Assembly (NCBI GenBank): GCA_030141605.1
Contig: JAQGDQ010000381.1
Coordinates: 38,692 to 102,691, forward strand
Length of the DNA stretch: 64,000 nucleotides
Direction: 5' to 3'
From: Tubiluchus corallicola
Lineage: Eukaryota; Animalia; Priapulida
Every line of letters begins with the position of its first letter. Positions within the stretch are counted from its first letter, which is position 1. A model generated the notes under the pieces. That model saw only the letters and a list, made by a program, of their open reading frames with translations, made no database searches and was not told the DNA's origin. Shown here one piece after another: positions 63,633 through 64,000 of this stretch. Made by a program: the position numbers and the translations under genes.

Positions 63633-63998
63633 TCGTATATATTAATTCTACTGGTATTTACATATATAAGATTCGAAGCTACAGCTCGGACGACGGCACC
63701 ATTAGTGGAGATCTATATAACAAACGAAAGGTCTCGATCTAGTGTCGTGCCATTGAGGGTTTATTTTTTTGATCGGGCCCACAGCGAGGAACGGGGGGGG
63801 GGGCGAAAAACCTCCAAAAATGGCCATTTTTCGGTCGTTTTTTGCAAAAGTTATACGTCTGAGATCTGGAGAACGGGAATGGGCCATGGGTAGTGCTGGC
63901 CATGGATAGATAGCCCGTTCAGCGGCAGGTGTCATAGGCATATTTAGAATTTGCGAGAGGGCCACGGTGTCCCGTAACATTTTCCCGGACCCAACTAG
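63633..63998 (+). mobile_element. Non-autonomous Helitron-like element
   Basis: Begins A|TC, ends with a GC-rich quasi-palindrome followed by CTAG. A homologous inverted copy lies at about 62940-63180. Confidence 0.6.
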
Positions 63999-64000
63999 CG

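Overview
AT-rich, repeat-dense invertebrate animal (eukaryotic, spliceosomal) genomic DNA, not prokaryotic. By manual translation and GT-AG phase checks I reconstruct four genes. (1) NECAB-family EF-hand/ABM gene on the minus strand, 11 coding exons, 4551-32536, about 352 aa. (2) Glyoxalase II (HAGH) on the plus strand, nested inside one large NECAB intron. (3) COX4 on the plus strand, nested inside another large NECAB intron. (4) TBC1D32/Broad-minded on the minus strand, 17 coding exons, 34552-63494, about 1439 aa. Introns hold about 15 unrelated minisatellites, several MITE families (hAT-like, Tc1/pogo-like, TTAA-specific), Helitron-like fragments and a SINE with a full-length 5S rRNA head. 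The most unusual signals are: two independent minisatellites whose unit is an exon end plus its 5' splice site (about 15 and about 78 tandem donor copies); the double antisense nesting of intron-poor mitochondrial-protein genes in NECAB; and the 5S-headed SINE with an RTE-like body. Gene identities come from recalled protein-family motifs, not database searches. Repeat boundaries and copy numbers are manual estimates.
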